Shown: positions 12,037 to 22,508 of the stretch, one piece after another
Numbering within the stretch: position 1 is the first letter of the stretch
How the letters are laid out: each line of letters starts with the position of its first letter
NCBI GenBank assembly: GCA_964195155.1
Contig: CAXMOP010000060.1
Coordinates: 9,860-73,859 of the forward strand
Direction: 5' to 3'
Source: an uncultured Kiloniellales bacterium
Lineage (GTDB): Bacteria; Actinomycetota; Acidimicrobiia; Spongiisociales; UBA5794
DNA length: 64,000 nt
Made by a program: the position numbers and the translations under genes
The notes under the pieces: model-generated
Databases searched by the model: none
What the model was told of the DNA's origin: nothing
Seen by the model: the letters and a program-made list of their open reading frames with translations, nothing else

Positions 12037-12117
12037 GAGTGGATCGAGTATGCAACACCGCAGATGCTGCGTCAACCGTTTGACACCAACCGGGATCGGG
12101 TCATAATCCCTGCACTG

Positions 12118-12186
12118 ATGACGGACTCCACGCCCAGCCACCGGCACAGCCGGCGTTTCTTCGCCTCCGGCTTCTTCGGCGCGTAG
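12118..12186 (+). promoter_or_regulatory. Phe-rich leader peptide MTDSTPSHRHSRRFFASGFFGA of pheA
   Basis: Two TTC-TTC pairs; promoter TTGACA(12080-12085)..CATAAT(12102-12107); followed by a C-rich tract. Confidence 0.78.
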
Positions 12187-12265
12187 CGCGCCTCACACCC
12201 CCTCCCCCCGATTCTCCGACCGTTCCCGAGGCACCGGCCGCGCCCCGTCAAGACAGGACGTACCC

Positions 12266-13435
12266 ATGACCGATCAACCAGACGACATCAATGAGCTGAG
12301 ACAGGACGTAGACCGCATCGATGAAGCCATCATCGAGCTCCTGGCGGAGCGTCGCGCAGTCAGCGTCGACATGGCGAAGGCGAAGCAACGCGCCGGGCGC
12401 CCCTTCCACGATCAGGAGCGGGAACAGACCCTCTCCGCCGAGCGGCGGCGCGCCGCCCAGGAGCTCGACCTCGACGGCAGCCTGGTCGCCAGGCTGTGGC
12501 GCGAGATCATCGACGACTCGCTTCGGTTGCAGCACGAGTACCTCCAGCACGAGCTCAACGAGGGCGCCGAGTCGCTGATCGCCGCCTTCCAGGGCGTCGA
12601 AGGGGCGTACAGCCACCTGGCGGCCCAGGAGTTCTTCGAGTCCAAACCGGTTGCCGTCTCCTGGCTCGAGTGCACGCAATTCAAGGACGTGGTCGCCGCC
12701 GTCGAGGAGGGTCGGGCCGACATCGGCGTCCTGCCCACCGAAAACACGACGAGCGGAGCAATCTCAGAGGTCTACGACCTGCTGATGCACAGCCGGCTGG
12801 CCCTGGTAGGTGAGACCAAATTCCGGGTCAGGCACTGCCTCCTCGGGCTGGAGGCGATCGATCCCTCTGCGATCAGGACCGTGTTCGCCCATCCCCAGGC
12901 CGTGCTGCAATGCTCGGAGTTCCTCACCGAACTCGATGACGTTCAGATCGTCTACTTCGGCGACACCGCCGAGTCCGGTCGCTGGATCAGGGATCTCGCC
13001 GACCCCGCCACCGCGGCGATCGCCAGCGAGGAGGCCGCCCGCCTCTTCGACCTGACCATCCTGCGCCGAGATATCGCCAACTACGAGGTCAACCACACCA
13101 GGTTCTTGTTCACGGCAAGGAATCCGATCACCGTCGATCAACAGATCCCGACCAAGACGTCGCTCGTCATGTCGGTGGGCAACCAGCCCGGTGCCCTCCT
13201 CGATGCCCTGGTGTGCTTCCGCGATGAAGGAATCAATCTGGTCAAGCTGGAGTCGCGGCCGATACCTCGCAACCCGGGGGAGGAGCTGTTCTACGTCGAC
13301 CTCGACGGCAACCAGACCGACCCCGGAGTTGGGCGCGCCCTCGAGGCGCTCGCCGCGGCGGCCCGCTTCGTCAAGGTTCTCGGCAGCTACCCGTCACGCG
13401 ACTTGCGGCCGCATGGGGAGCTCCCGGCGAGCTGA
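12266..13435 (+). CDS. pheA: bifunctional chorismate mutase/prephenate dehydratase (P-protein)
   Basis: AroQ N-terminus LRQDVDRIDEAIIELLAERR; PDT GAYSHLAA, ENTTSG, NHTRF; ACT KLESRP. Confidence 0.93.
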   Translation: MTDQPDDINELRQDVDRIDEAIIELLAERRAVSVDMAKAKQRAGRPFHDQEREQTLSAERRRAAQELDLDGSLVARLWREIIDDSLRLQHEYLQHELNEGAESLIAAFQGVEGAYSHLAAQEFFESKPVAVSWLECTQFKDVVAAVEEGRADIGVLPTENTTSGAISEVYDLLMHSRLALVGETKFRVRHCLLGLEAIDPSAIRTVFAHPQAVLQCSEFLTELDDVQIVYFGDTAESGRWIRDLADPATAAIASEEAARLFDLTILRRDIANYEVNHTRFLFTARNPITVDQQIPTKTSLVMSVGNQPGALLDALVCFRDEGINLVKLESRPIPRNPGEELFYVDLDGNQTDPGVGRALEALAAAARFVKVLGSYPSRDLRPHGELPAS

Positions 13436-13455
13436 TCAGTTTGGCCTCAACCAGA

Positions 13456-13477
13456 AGTATGTGCATATGCATATACT
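13456..13477 (+). promoter_or_regulatory. ARG-box-like operator overlapping the -10 of leaderless argR-argG-argH
   Basis: Near-palindrome AGTATGTGCATATGCATATACT; TATACT 6 nt before the ATG at 13484. Confidence 0.65.
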
Positions 13478-13483
13478 GACTGG

Positions 13484-13942
13484 ATGTCCAACGCTCGCCA
13501 CCGGACGATTCGACGCCTGCTCACCGAGGAGAATATGTCCACCCAGGCGGAACTCGTTCGACGGCTCGCTGCCGAGCAGATCTATGTCACCCAGGGCACG
13601 GTGTCCCGCGACCTCAAGGCCATCGGCGCGGTGAGACGGCACGGCGCCGACGGATCGGTGCGGTACCGGCTCGAGACCGGCGCCTCACCGAACGGCGCAG
13701 ACAGCGGGCTTACCCGTGCTTTCGACGAGTACGTGTTGCGGATCACCCCCACCGCCGGACTCGTCGTGGTGGTCACCGTTCCCGGTGCCGCCCATGTCGT
13801 TGGCAAGGCCATCGACGAGAGCGGCGTCGGCGGCGTCGCCGGCACGGTCGCCGGTGACGACACCGTCCTGATCGTTGGAGCGGCGGGCGTCGAGGGTGAG
13901 ACGATCGCAGGCCGACTCGAGACCGCAGGAGGATCCAGATGA
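13484..13942 (+). CDS. argR: arginine repressor (copy 1)
   Basis: [27 protein letters not shown]. Confidence 0.93.
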   Translation: MSNARHRTIRRLLTEENMSTQAELVRRLAAEQIYVTQGTVSRDLKAIGAVRRHGADGSVRYRLETGASPNGADSGLTRAFDEYVLRITPTAGLVVVVTVPGAAHVVGKAIDESGVGGVAGTVAGDDTVLIVGAAGVEGETIAGRLETAGGSR

Positions 13943-15144
13943 AACGCGTGATGCTCGCCTACTCCGGTGGCCTCGACACCTCGGTGATCGTGCCCTGGCT
14001 CAAGGAGCACTACGGCGCCGACGTCATCACCTACACCGCCGACGTCGGTCAAGGTGAGGAGGTGGAGGAAGCGCGTTCCAAGGCCATCGAGACGGGCGCC
14101 GTCGAAGCCATCGTCGATGATCTGCGCGCCGAGTTCGTCGAGGACTACGTGTTCCCCGCGCTGCGGGCCAACGCCGTCTACGAGGGGTATTACCTCCTCG
14201 GGACGTCACTAGCCCGTCCGGTGATCACCGCCGGTCTGGTACGAGCGGCCGCCGACGTCGGCGCCGAAGCCATCGCTCACGGTGCCACCGGCAAGGGCAA
14301 CGACCAGGTGCGATTCGAATTGTCCGCGTATGCCCTCCAGCCCGACATCGCCGTGATCGCACCCTGGCGGGAATGGGATTTGAAGGGCAGGGCCGATCTG
14401 GTCGCCTACGCCGCCGAGCGAGGAATCCCGGTCCCCATCACCCCGGAAATGCCTTTTTCCATGGACGCCAACGTGCTGCACATCTCCTATGAGGGCGGGG
14501 TGCTCGAAGACCCGTGGGCGGCACCGCCACGCGGCATGTTCCGCATGACCACCGACCCCGAGGTCGCTCCGGACGAACCCGAGGAGGTGACCGTCGCCTT
14601 CGAGAACGGGTCCCCGGTTGCGGTCAACGACACGCCGCTCGAACCCCTTGCGCTGCTGGAGTTGCTCAACGAGATCGCGGGCCGCCACGGGATCGGGAGA
14701 GTCGACATCGTAGAGAACCGCTTTATCGGGATGAAGAGCCGGGGCGTCTATGAGACCCCGGGGGGCACGCTGCTCCACCACGCCCACCGGGCCGTCGAAT
14801 CGCTGACCCTCGACCGTGAGGTGGTTCACCTCAGGGATGAGCTGGTGCCTCGATACGCCGAGATGGTGTACAACGGGTTCTGGTTCTCTCCGGAGCGCGA
14901 GGCGCTGCAAGCGTTCATGGACCGCATCCAGGACCGGGTCAACGGTGAAGCGCGGCTGAAGCTGTACAAGGGAAACCCGACCGTCGTCGGCCGTAGATCC
15001 GACTTGCACGACCTATACGACACGGCGACGGTCACCTTCGAGGCCGACGACGTCTATCAGCAGGCCGACGCCGGCGGCTTCATCCGGCTCAACGCCCTGC
15101 GGCTGCGCCGACTCGCCGAGGCCCGTATGGGAGAGGGCGAATGA
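13939..15144 (+). CDS. argG: argininosuccinate synthase
   Basis: [35 protein letters not shown]. Confidence 0.97.
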   Translation: MKRVMLAYSGGLDTSVIVPWLKEHYGADVITYTADVGQGEEVEEARSKAIETGAVEAIVDDLRAEFVEDYVFPALRANAVYEGYYLLGTSLARPVITAGLVRAAADVGAEAIAHGATGKGNDQVRFELSAYALQPDIAVIAPWREWDLKGRADLVAYAAERGIPVPITPEMPFSMDANVLHISYEGGVLEDPWAAPPRGMFRMTTDPEVAPDEPEEVTVAFENGSPVAVNDTPLEPLALLELLNEIAGRHGIGRVDIVENRFIGMKSRGVYETPGGTLLHHAHRAVESLTLDREVVHLRDELVPRYAEMVYNGFWFSPEREALQAFMDRIQDRVNGEARLKLYKGNPTVVGRRSDLHDLYDTATVTFEADDVYQQADAGGFIRLNALRLRRLAEARMGEGE

Positions 15145-16502
15145 CGCTGTGGGGCGGGCGCTTCACCGACCCCCTCGACCCGGCGGTGTTCGACTTCACC
15201 GCCGACCCCGTCGACCGGCGCCTGCTGCTCGTGGACATCGAGGGCTCGTCCGCCCACGTACACGCCCTCGAGGCCGCAGGCCTGCTCACCCAGGTCGAGC
15301 GCCGCGATCTGGTCGCCGGCCTCGAGCAGATTCGTGAGGAGGCCGCCGAGGACAGCTTTGTCTTCGCGCCGACCGACGAGGACGTGCACACCGCAGTGGA
15401 GCGCAGGCTGGTCGAGCTCGTCGGGGACGTTGGGAAGAAAGTGCACACCGGGCGAAGCCGCAACGACCAGATCGCCTTCGACCTGCGCCTCTACCTGTAC
15501 CGGGCGGCAGCCGAACGAACGGACGACATCAATCGCCTGATCACGGTCCTGGCCGAACGAGCCGAGGAGGTCGCCGAGGTCGTGGTTCCCTCCTACACCC
15601 ACCTGCAGCAAGCCCAGCCCGTCTCGCTCGGGCACCCGCTGCTGGCGTATGCCTGGATGTTGGGTCGCGATCGAGACCGGTTCGCCGATGCCGCCGTCCG
15701 GATCGGCACATCCCCCCTTGGCGCCGGCGCCGGCGGTGGGAGCAGCCTGCCGCTTCGGCCCGACGTTGCCGCCGCCCATGCCGGGCTCGCCGCGGTGTTC
15801 GACAACTCCCTCGATGCGGTGGCGAGCCGAGACTTCGTCGCCGAGTACGCCTTCGCCTGCGCCCAGCTCATGGCGCACCTCTCGAGGCTGGCCGAGGACC
15901 TCGTGCTGTGGGCCAGCGTCGAGTTTGGATGGATCACTTTCCCGGACCGCATTGCCACCGGCTCATCGGCGATGCCCCACAAGAGGAACCCCGACGTCGC
16001 CGAGCTGGTTCGGTCGCGGGCCGCCGTCGTCCTCGGCGACGTCACCGCCCTGCTCGCCATGCAGAAGGGCCTCCCCCTGGCCTACAACCGGGACCTTCAG
16101 GAGGACAAGCGCGCCGTCTTCCACGCCGACGACACCGCAGCGGGGTCCGTGGCAGTGTTCACCGACCTGCTGCACAGCGTCGAGTTCCATCCGCCGGGCC
16201 CTGCCCCCGAGACGGTCGCCATGGTGCTGGCCGAGCGCCTGGTGTTGCGCGGTATCCCGTTCCGGGAGGCTCACGAAGCGGTGGGAGCGCTGCTCAGCAA
16301 GCTCGACGCCGAGGGACGCAGCCTCAGCAGCGCCGCCGAGCCCGACCTCGAGGCCAGCGCGATCGCCCTCACCGACCTCGAGCCGAGGGATCCCGCAGAG
16401 GTGGCCCGCAGCATGCAGAGCCCGGGCAGCGGCAGTCCGGCGAGCGTCCTGGAACAAGTGACTGAGCTGCGCCGCCGCGTCGGTGCCGAGCAGGCTGGCT
16501 AG
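15141..16502 (+). CDS. argH: argininosuccinate lyase
   Basis: [36 protein letters not shown]. Confidence 0.96.
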   Translation: MTLWGGRFTDPLDPAVFDFTADPVDRRLLLVDIEGSSAHVHALEAAGLLTQVERRDLVAGLEQIREEAAEDSFVFAPTDEDVHTAVERRLVELVGDVGKKVHTGRSRNDQIAFDLRLYLYRAAAERTDDINRLITVLAERAEEVAEVVVPSYTHLQQAQPVSLGHPLLAYAWMLGRDRDRFADAAVRIGTSPLGAGAGGGSSLPLRPDVAAAHAGLAAVFDNSLDAVASRDFVAEYAFACAQLMAHLSRLAEDLVLWASVEFGWITFPDRIATGSSAMPHKRNPDVAELVRSRAAVVLGDVTALLAMQKGLPLAYNRDLQEDKRAVFHADDTAAGSVAVFTDLLHSVEFHPPGPAPETVAMVLAERLVLRGIPFREAHEAVGALLSKLDAEGRSLSSAAEPDLEASAIALTDLEPRDPAEVARSMQSPGSGSPASVLEQVTELRRRVGAEQAG

Positions 16503-17101
16503 CCGAGGGTGGGCCTCAGGCGAGGACGCGCCGCCTCGTAGGCATCGATGTCGGCCTCGGACTGGAGCGTGATATCGATCTGATCCCAGCCGTTGATCAG
16601 GCGCTCTTTGACGTGAGGGTCGATGTCGAAGGTGGCAGTGAAGTCGCCCGATGTCACCTGCTGGGTCGGGAGGTCGATCGTGACCGAGTTGGCGGGGTCG
16701 GCGGCCAGCTCGGCGAAGATTCCCGCGTCTTCGGTTCGGAGGACCACGGGCAACAGGCCGTTCTGGTAGCAGTTGTTCTCCAGGATCGGCCCGAATGAGG
16801 ACGCCAGGATGGCCTCGAACCCGGCCTCGAACAGCGACCACACCGCATGCTCCCGGGAGGAGCCGCAGCCGAAGTTGGGCCCGGCCACCAGCACGCTTGC
16901 TTCTGCATACTCCGGCCGGTTGAGCACGAAGTCGGGCTCTCGTTCGCCCTCGACGTCGTACGCCCAGTTGTAGAACAGGTTCGGCCCAAGGCCGGTGCGG
17001 GTGACTCCCTTGAGGAACTGCTTGGGGATGATCTGGTCGGTATCGATGTTGGCCTGTGGCAGCGGGGCCATCTGACCTTCGATGATGGAAACCGGTCTCA
17101 T
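16499..17101 (-). CDS. leuD: 3-isopropylmalate dehydratase small subunit
   Basis: [24 protein letters not shown]; ATGA overlap with leuC. Confidence 0.96.
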   Translation of the reverse strand: MRPVSIIEGQMAPLPQANIDTDQIIPKQFLKGVTRTGLGPNLFYNWAYDVEGEREPDFVLNRPEYAEASVLVAGPNFGCGSSREHAVWSLFEAGFEAILASSFGPILENNCYQNGLLPVVLRTEDAGIFAELAADPANSVTIDLPTQQVTSGDFTATFDIDPHVKERLINGWDQIDITLQSEADIDAYEAARPRLRPTLG

Positions 17102-18504
17102 TGCCACTCCCGAATGTCGACAAAGCGCCCTTCGATTGCGGCGGCGACCGCCATCTCAGGACTTACCAGATGGGTCCTCCCACCGCGACCCTGGCGCCCT
17201 TCGAAGTTGCGGTTCGAGGTAGAGGCGCATCGTTCTCCGGGCAACAGGATGTCTTCGTTCATGGCCAGGCACATCGAGCATCCGGCATCGCGCCACTCGA
17301 ACCCGGCCTCCTTGTAGATCAGGTCGAGTCCCTCCTCCTCGGCCTCGAGTTTCACGAGGCCGGAGCCCGGCACGACCATCGCCCCCACATCGGGGTGGAC
17401 GGTTCTTCCTTGAATGACCCCGGCGCCGGCGCGGAGGTCTTCGATCCTGGCGTTCGTGCAGGACCCGAAGAACACGCGGTCGATGCGGATGTCGGTGATG
17501 GCCGTCCCCGGCTCGAGGTCCATGTATTCGAGGGCGCGGGCGGCGCTGTCGCGCTCCAGCAGATTCTCGAAGCTGTCCGGCGAGGGAACCCGCCCGGTTA
17601 CTTCGACGACCTGGGAGGGATTGATGCCCCATGAGACGAACGGCGCCAGGTCGGCCGCGTCCAGCACGACTTCACGGTCGAAGACGGCGCCGGCATCGGA
17701 CGGAATCGTCTCCCAGTAGGCCACCATCTCTTCCCAGGGAGCTCCTCCCGGAACATACGGCCGGCCCTCCAGATAGGCGTAGGTCGTCTCGTCCGGCGCG
17801 ATCATCCCGGCTACCGCCCCGGCCTCGATCGACATGTTGCACACCGTCATCCGCCCCTCCATGGAGAGGCCGGTGACGGCGCTGCCGCGATACTCGATGA
17901 CGGTCTCGTAGCCGCCGTTGACGCCGATCTCTCGAATGATCCCGAGGATGACGTCCTTTGCCGTCACCCCGAGGGGCAGGTCACCATCGACGGTGATCGC
18001 GAGTGAGCCCGGCTTGGTCCGCGGCAGCGTCTGTGTGGCCAGCACATGCTCGACCTCAGACGTGCCGATGCCGATGGCCAGCGCACCAAAGGCACCGTGC
18101 GTCGAGGTATGCGAGTCGCCGCACACGATGAACATCCCGGGCTGCGTGATGCCCTGCTCGGGGCCAATGATGTGCACGATGCCCTGACGGATATCGTTGA
18201 CCCCGAACACGGTGATCCCTTGCTCCTTGCAGTGCTGCTCGAGCGCCTCGATCTGGATCTTCGACAGCGGGTCGTTGATGCCGAGCTCGCGGCCCACCGT
18301 CGGGATGCCGTGGTCGACGGTCGCCATGCTGAGGTCGGGTCTGCGCACCCGACGTCCGGACAACGCCAGGCCCTCGAAGGCCTGCGGCGACGTCACCTCG
18401 TGAATGAGGTGCATGTCGACGTAGAGCAGGTCGGGCTCGCCGGAGGCATGGCGAACGACATGGTCGTCCCATACCTTGTCGAGCATCGTCTGTGGCTGGG
18501 TCAT
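17098..18504 (-). CDS. leuC: 3-isopropylmalate dehydratase large subunit
   Basis: [47 protein letters not shown]. Confidence 0.97.
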   Translation of the reverse strand: MTQPQTMLDKVWDDHVVRHASGEPDLLYVDMHLIHEVTSPQAFEGLALSGRRVRRPDLSMATVDHGIPTVGRELGINDPLSKIQIEALEQHCKEQGITVFGVNDIRQGIVHIIGPEQGITQPGMFIVCGDSHTSTHGAFGALAIGIGTSEVEHVLATQTLPRTKPGSLAITVDGDLPLGVTAKDVILGIIREIGVNGGYETVIEYRGSAVTGLSMEGRMTVCNMSIEAGAVAGMIAPDETTYAYLEGRPYVPGGAPWEEMVAYWETIPSDAGAVFDREVVLDAADLAPFVSWGINPSQVVEVTGRVPSPDSFENLLERDSAARALEYMDLEPGTAITDIRIDRVFFGSCTNARIEDLRAGAGVIQGRTVHPDVGAMVVPGSGLVKLEAEEEGLDLIYKEAGFEWRDAGCSMCLAMNEDILLPGERCASTSNRNFEGRQGRGGRTHLVSPEMAVAAAIEGRFVDIREWQ

Positions 18505-18518
18505 CAGGGCCGCGCAGC

Positions 18519-18593
18519 CTAGAGGCTCCGCAGAATAGGGCGCTCCGATCTGTGTGGGCCGAGGCCGTTTGCGGAGCCGGGGCCCGAGCGGCC
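18519..18593 (-). repeat. structured intergenic repeat, copy 2 (leuC 5' region)
   Basis: 20-nt identity to 10249-10268; GGCTCCGCA..TGCGGAGCC stem; ends in CTAG. Confidence 0.7.
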
Positions 18594-18725
18594 CGCCGCC
18601 GAAGGCGGCAGGAGCGGGAAAAACTGCTCCACTTCTATCGAGACGACCGGTTACCGATCGGTGCGTACTGTGAGGTCGGCCAGAGACTGCGAAGTGGATT
18701 GAACCGACACGCCGATACGCCGGCT

Positions 18726-18800
18726 CGCCGAAGCTGTTCCGTAGGCCGTTCCGCGGGCTGACAGCGTCATATAGCCGCTCCTGAACCCTGGGTTCGCGTC
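18726..18800. repeat. direct repeat, left flank of the argB-argC-argJ-argR2 module
   Basis: Matches 22504-22566 except a 12-nt insert and a ct/tc swap. Confidence 0.85.
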
Positions 18801-19657
18801 GGTTGCCTGGTGATCATGGTGCCGAGAGCCTGGTCGGTGAAGAGCTCGACCAACAGGGCATGGGGCGCCAGGGCATTGACGATGTGTGCCGATTCGACAC
18901 CGCCGCGCACCGCATTCAGGGACCCCTCCAGCTTGGGCAACATCCCATCGTGGATCGAACCTTTCGCGATCAGTCCCTCGATCTGGGCATCGGTCGCTTC
19001 CGGGGTCAACGAATCGGGGTCGGAGACGTCCTCGAGGAGGCCGTCCACGTCGGTCAGGTAGATCAGCCTGACTGCGCCGACGGCGGCGGCGATCGCACCG
19101 GCGACGATGTCGGCGTTGATGTTGTAGGCCTGGCCGGCTCCGTCGGATCCGATCGTCGAGATCACCGGTACCAGTTGCTCCGCTAGCAGGCGCTCGATGA
19201 TGTAGGGATTCACCGCCTTGACGTTGCCGACGAACCCCAGGTCGGGATGCCGCTGCTCCGCGATGATGAGCCCGACGTCCTCGCCGGATACCCCGAGGGC
19301 AATCGGCCCGTGCCGATTGATCGCTGAGACGATGTCGCGATTCACCTTCCCGACCAGGACCATACGGGTGATCTCGAGCGCCTCGGCGTCGGTGACGCGG
19401 TGTCCCTCGCTGAACTCGCTGGCTTTGCCGAGCCGGTCGAGCAACTCGGAGATCTGCGGCCCGCCACCATGAACCACGATGCAGCGGATCCCCTCCGAGT
19501 GCATCAACACGACGTCGGTGGCAATCCGCCGAGCCAGCTCCTGATCGGCGAGTGCGCTGCCCCCCGCCTTGACGACGATGGTTTGGCCGCGGAGACGCTG
19601 GATGTGTGGGAGCGCCCGGCTCAGGATTTGCGCCGCGCTTGGGGGCGTCTCGATCAT
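18767..19657 (-). CDS. argB: acetylglutamate kinase
   Basis: [36 protein letters not shown]; ATG at 19657 overlaps the argC stop. Confidence 0.95.
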   Translation of the reverse strand: MIETPPSAAQILSRALPHIQRLRGQTIVVKAGGSALADQELARRIATDVVLMHSEGIRCIVVHGGGPQISELLDRLGKASEFSEGHRVTDAEALEITRMVLVGKVNRDIVSAINRHGPIALGVSGEDVGLIIAEQRHPDLGFVGNVKAVNPYIIERLLAEQLVPVISTIGSDGAGQAYNINADIVAGAIAAAVGAVRLIYLTDVDGLLEDVSDPDSLTPEATDAQIEGLIAKGSIHDGMLPKLEGSLNAVRGGVESAHIVNALAPHALLVELFTDQALGTMITRQPTRTQGSGAAI

Positions 19658-20694
19658 GGATAGACCCCGGCCCGGGCCAGCCCGGCGCCCTCGTCGATGC
19701 CGATCGCCAGGTTTGCGCACTGGATTGCCTGCCCGCTTGCGCCCTTGACCAGATTGTCGAGGGCGGCGATGACGATGACCCAGCCGGTACGTGGATCTTG
19801 CCGCGCCGTCATGTGAATGGCGTTTGATCCAAGCGTCGCTTTGGTGGTGGGGATGCCCGGGATCACGGAAACGAACTGCTCGCCGGCGTACTGCGAGGAC
19901 ATCGCCTCCAGCAGGTCCTCGGTGTCGGCGTCGGCGCTTGGTCGTGCGTAGCAGGTGGCGAGGATGCCTCGGGTCATTGGCGCTAGGTGCGGGGTGAAGA
20001 GCACCTCGACCGGCTCTCCGGCGGCTCGGCCCAGGATGAGCTGCATCTCGGGGGTGTGGCGGTGGGTGAGCAGCCCGTACGGGGCGAAGGTCTCGTTGAC
20101 CGCTGAGAACGACGTCCCTGCGGTGGCGCCACGACCGGCGCCGGATACGCCGCTGACTCCATTTACGACGATCCCATCCGGTTTGATGAGCCCACCGGTC
20201 AACAGGGGGGCTAGCGCCAGCGTTGCCGTGGTTACGTAGCAGCCGGGGACCGCGGTCGCCGGCGCTTGGCGCAAGTCGTCGCGAAACAGCTCGGGCAGGC
20301 CGAGAACAAAGTCGGCGAGCATCGCCGGGACCGGATGCTCCCATCCGTACCACGCCGAGTAGAGCGCGGGGTCATCCAGTCTGAAGTCCGCACCGAGGTC
20401 GATGATGTGGCCGGCGGTGAGCTTGGGGATCACCCGTTGCGACACGCCGTGGGACAGGGCGACGAATACAACGTCCAGCCCATCGGGAACCTGCTCCCAA
20501 GGCTCGAACACCAGGTGTGGGTATTCGGCAGCGAGGCTGGGGTACAGCGAACCGACCTCGGCGCCCGCATGACTCTCGGCCGATGCGAAGGCCACCTCGA
20601 ACCACGGGTGCCGGGCGCAGAGCCGCAACAACTCGGCGCCGGCAAAGCCCGATGCTCCGAGAATCCCAACCTGGTGGCGGTCTGTCGCCTTCAC
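19654..20694 (-). CDS. argC: N-acetyl-gamma-glutamyl-phosphate reductase
   Basis: GASGFAGAELLR, IDLGADFRL, PGCY, SGVSGAGR, DNLVKGASGQA. Confidence 0.95.
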   Translation of the reverse strand: MKATDRHQVGILGASGFAGAELLRLCARHPWFEVAFASAESHAGAEVGSLYPSLAAEYPHLVFEPWEQVPDGLDVVFVALSHGVSQRVIPKLTAGHIIDLGADFRLDDPALYSAWYGWEHPVPAMLADFVLGLPELFRDDLRQAPATAVPGCYVTTATLALAPLLTGGLIKPDGIVVNGVSGVSGAGRGATAGTSFSAVNETFAPYGLLTHRHTPEMQLILGRAAGEPVEVLFTPHLAPMTRGILATCYARPSADADTEDLLEAMSSQYAGEQFVSVIPGIPTTKATLGSNAIHMTARQDPRTGWVIVIAALDNLVKGASGQAIQCANLAIGIDEGAGLARAGVYP

Positions 20695-20739
20695 ATTGCT
20701 CCCGTCGCCGTTCTGACTGCCGTCCGGATGTGTGGTCGC

Positions 20740-20778
20740 TGGATATGCATGTTATTCTAGAAGCTCACATAATATCCA
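20740..20778. promoter_or_regulatory. putative ARG boxes in the divergent argC/argJ promoter
   Basis: AT-rich TGCATGTTATTCT and CACATAATATCCA, imperfect matches to TGCAT-N3-ATGCA. Confidence 0.5.
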
Positions 20779-20829
20779 ATTCGTGATAGCTCCATTCCCT
20801 AGCCAGCACGAGATGCACATGGAGGAACG

Positions 20830-21987
20830 GTGACCGTAACTGCACCACGGGGATTCGTCGCCGGAGGCGTGCCGTCCGGGATTCGCAGAAACGGCCGCAA
20901 GGATCTTGCGATCGTCCGCTCCGTGACCCGGGCAACCGGAGCCGCAATGTTCACCACCAACCAGGTGCAGGCAGCGCCGATCCGGGTATCGAAGTCGCAT
21001 CTGCGAAGCGCCCAGCCACAAGCAGTAGTGATCAATTCGGGTGTCGCCAATGCCGTCACCGGAGCGCAGGGTGAGTCAGACGCCATTGCGACCGCAGCGG
21101 AGACTGCGGCGCTGCTGAACCTCTCCGTCGAAGAGGTCCTGGTGCTTTCCACCGGGCTCATCGGTGTGCCGCTTCCGCTGGACAAGATCTCCAGGGGGCT
21201 GCCGGCGGTCGTGGCCACCCTCAGCGACGAAGGTGGGATCGATGCGGCCGAAGCGATCATGACGACGGACAAACGGCCCAAGCACTCGGTGGCCGGCAAC
21301 GGCTCCTTCACCGTGGGGGGGATCGCCAAAGGCTCCGGGATGATTCATCCTCTCCTGGCCACCATGCTGGCGATCGTGACGACCGACTACGCCCTCGCCC
21401 CCGACCAGGCATCGGACTATTTGCATGCTGCGGTCGAGTCGACCTTCAATCGGATCTCGGTCGATGGGGACCAATCGACGAATGACGCGGTCATCTTGCT
21501 TGCCAATGGCGCCGCCGGAGCGCCTCGTGCCGACACCGATCTCGAGTCAGCCCTCCAACAGGTTTGTGAAGATCTGGCACGCCAGATCGTGGCGGACGGC
21601 GAGGGGGCCTCCGTGTTGATCGAGATCCGGGTGACCAATGCCGCCAGCGAGAACGACGCTGTTGCGATCGCTCGGCACATCGCAACGTCGAGTCTGGTGA
21701 AGACCGCTGCGTTCGGCCGAGATCCAAACTGGGGTCGAGTGATCGCTGCCGCTGGCGCGGCGAGCACCGACCTGGGCCCGGCAAAGGTCGACGTCGATCA
21801 GCTGGCGCTGAGCTTCAACGGCACGCCGCTCTTTTCCGGCGGCCGGCCCACCGGTGCCGAGCCGGTTATGGACACGCCGGTGTTGAAGATCGACCTCGAT
21901 CTTGGGATCGGGCACGCCGGTGCGGGCTATCTGTCGACCGATCTCAGCAAGGAGTACGTGAGGATCAATGCCGACTACACGACCTGA
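20830..21987 (+). CDS. argJ: glutamate N-acetyltransferase / ornithine acetyltransferase
   Basis: NSGVANA, IMTTD, KGSGMIHPLLATML, DGDQSTND, DPNWGRV, C-terminal ADYTT. Confidence 0.95.
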   Translation: MTVTAPRGFVAGGVPSGIRRNGRKDLAIVRSVTRATGAAMFTTNQVQAAPIRVSKSHLRSAQPQAVVINSGVANAVTGAQGESDAIATAAETAALLNLSVEEVLVLSTGLIGVPLPLDKISRGLPAVVATLSDEGGIDAAEAIMTTDKRPKHSVAGNGSFTVGGIAKGSGMIHPLLATMLAIVTTDYALAPDQASDYLHAAVESTFNRISVDGDQSTNDAVILLANGAAGAPRADTDLESALQQVCEDLARQIVADGEGASVLIEIRVTNAASENDAVAIARHIATSSLVKTAAFGRDPNWGRVIAAAGAASTDLGPAKVDVDQLALSFNGTPLFSGGRPTGAEPVMDTPVLKIDLDLGIGHAGAGYLSTDLSKEYVRINADYTT

Positions 21988-22005
21988 GCTCGGTCTGGAT
22001 CAGCG

Positions 22006-22455
22006 ATGAGCAAGCGGTCGCGCCAGGCGGAGATTCTGCTCCTGATCGAGCAACAAGACGTCTCCACCCAGGCCGAGATGGTGGCTGCGCTGCTTGAGGC
22101 TGGAATCGAAGCTGCCCAGGCCACCGTCTCGAGAGATATTGGTGAGTTGGGCTTGGTGAAAGTCCGGGGCGACGGTGGGCGGATGATCTATGCCACACCC
22201 GGCGCCAAGGACAACGACCGGATCCTGGCGCTCTCCCGGGCCTTGCGGCGCTGGGCGTCCGCCATACGGGGAAACAGCAATCTCGTGCTCATCGAGACTC
22301 CCGCCGGATACGCCTCTGCGCTTGCCCAGGTCATCGACGAGGCGGGGCATCCCGACGTTCTTGGGACGGTTGCCGGGGACAACACCGTTCTCGTCGTCGC
22401 CGATGACCGTTTGACCGGTGCCGACCTCGCCGACGAGCTGATGCTCCTCTCATAG
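22006..22455 (+). CDS. argR: arginine repressor (copy 2)
   Basis: AQATVSRDI, TPAGYA, GTVAGDNTVLV. Confidence 0.92.
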   Translation: MSKRSRQAEILLLIEQQDVSTQAEMVAALLEAGIEAAQATVSRDIGELGLVKVRGDGGRMIYATPGAKDNDRILALSRALRRWASAIRGNSNLVLIETPAGYASALAQVIDEAGHPDVLGTVAGDNTVLVVADDRLTGADLADELMLLS

Positions 22456-22508
22456 CCGACCCTCCCGGCCCGCCGACCCACCCGGCCCGCCGACCCGCCA
22501 ACCCGCCG
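22455..22508. repeat. short tandem repeat of GCCGACCC-containing units (about 17 nt)
   Basis: gccgaccctcccggccc gccgacccacccggccc gccgaccc gccaaccc gccg. Confidence 0.6.

Noticed and set aside
18590-18626. GGCAGGAGCGGG resembling the c-di-AMP (ydaO) riboswitch
   Set aside because: Antisense to leuC and lacks the remaining conserved segments.
18519-18632. [16 protein letters not shown].. as a leuC leader peptide
   Set aside because: Only a two-Leu run, no clear promoter or SD, and mostly explained by the repeat element.
18767-20353. 528-aa ArgB with a long N-terminal extension
   Set aside because: The extension overlaps argC in another frame; the real start at 19657 is coupled to the argC stop.
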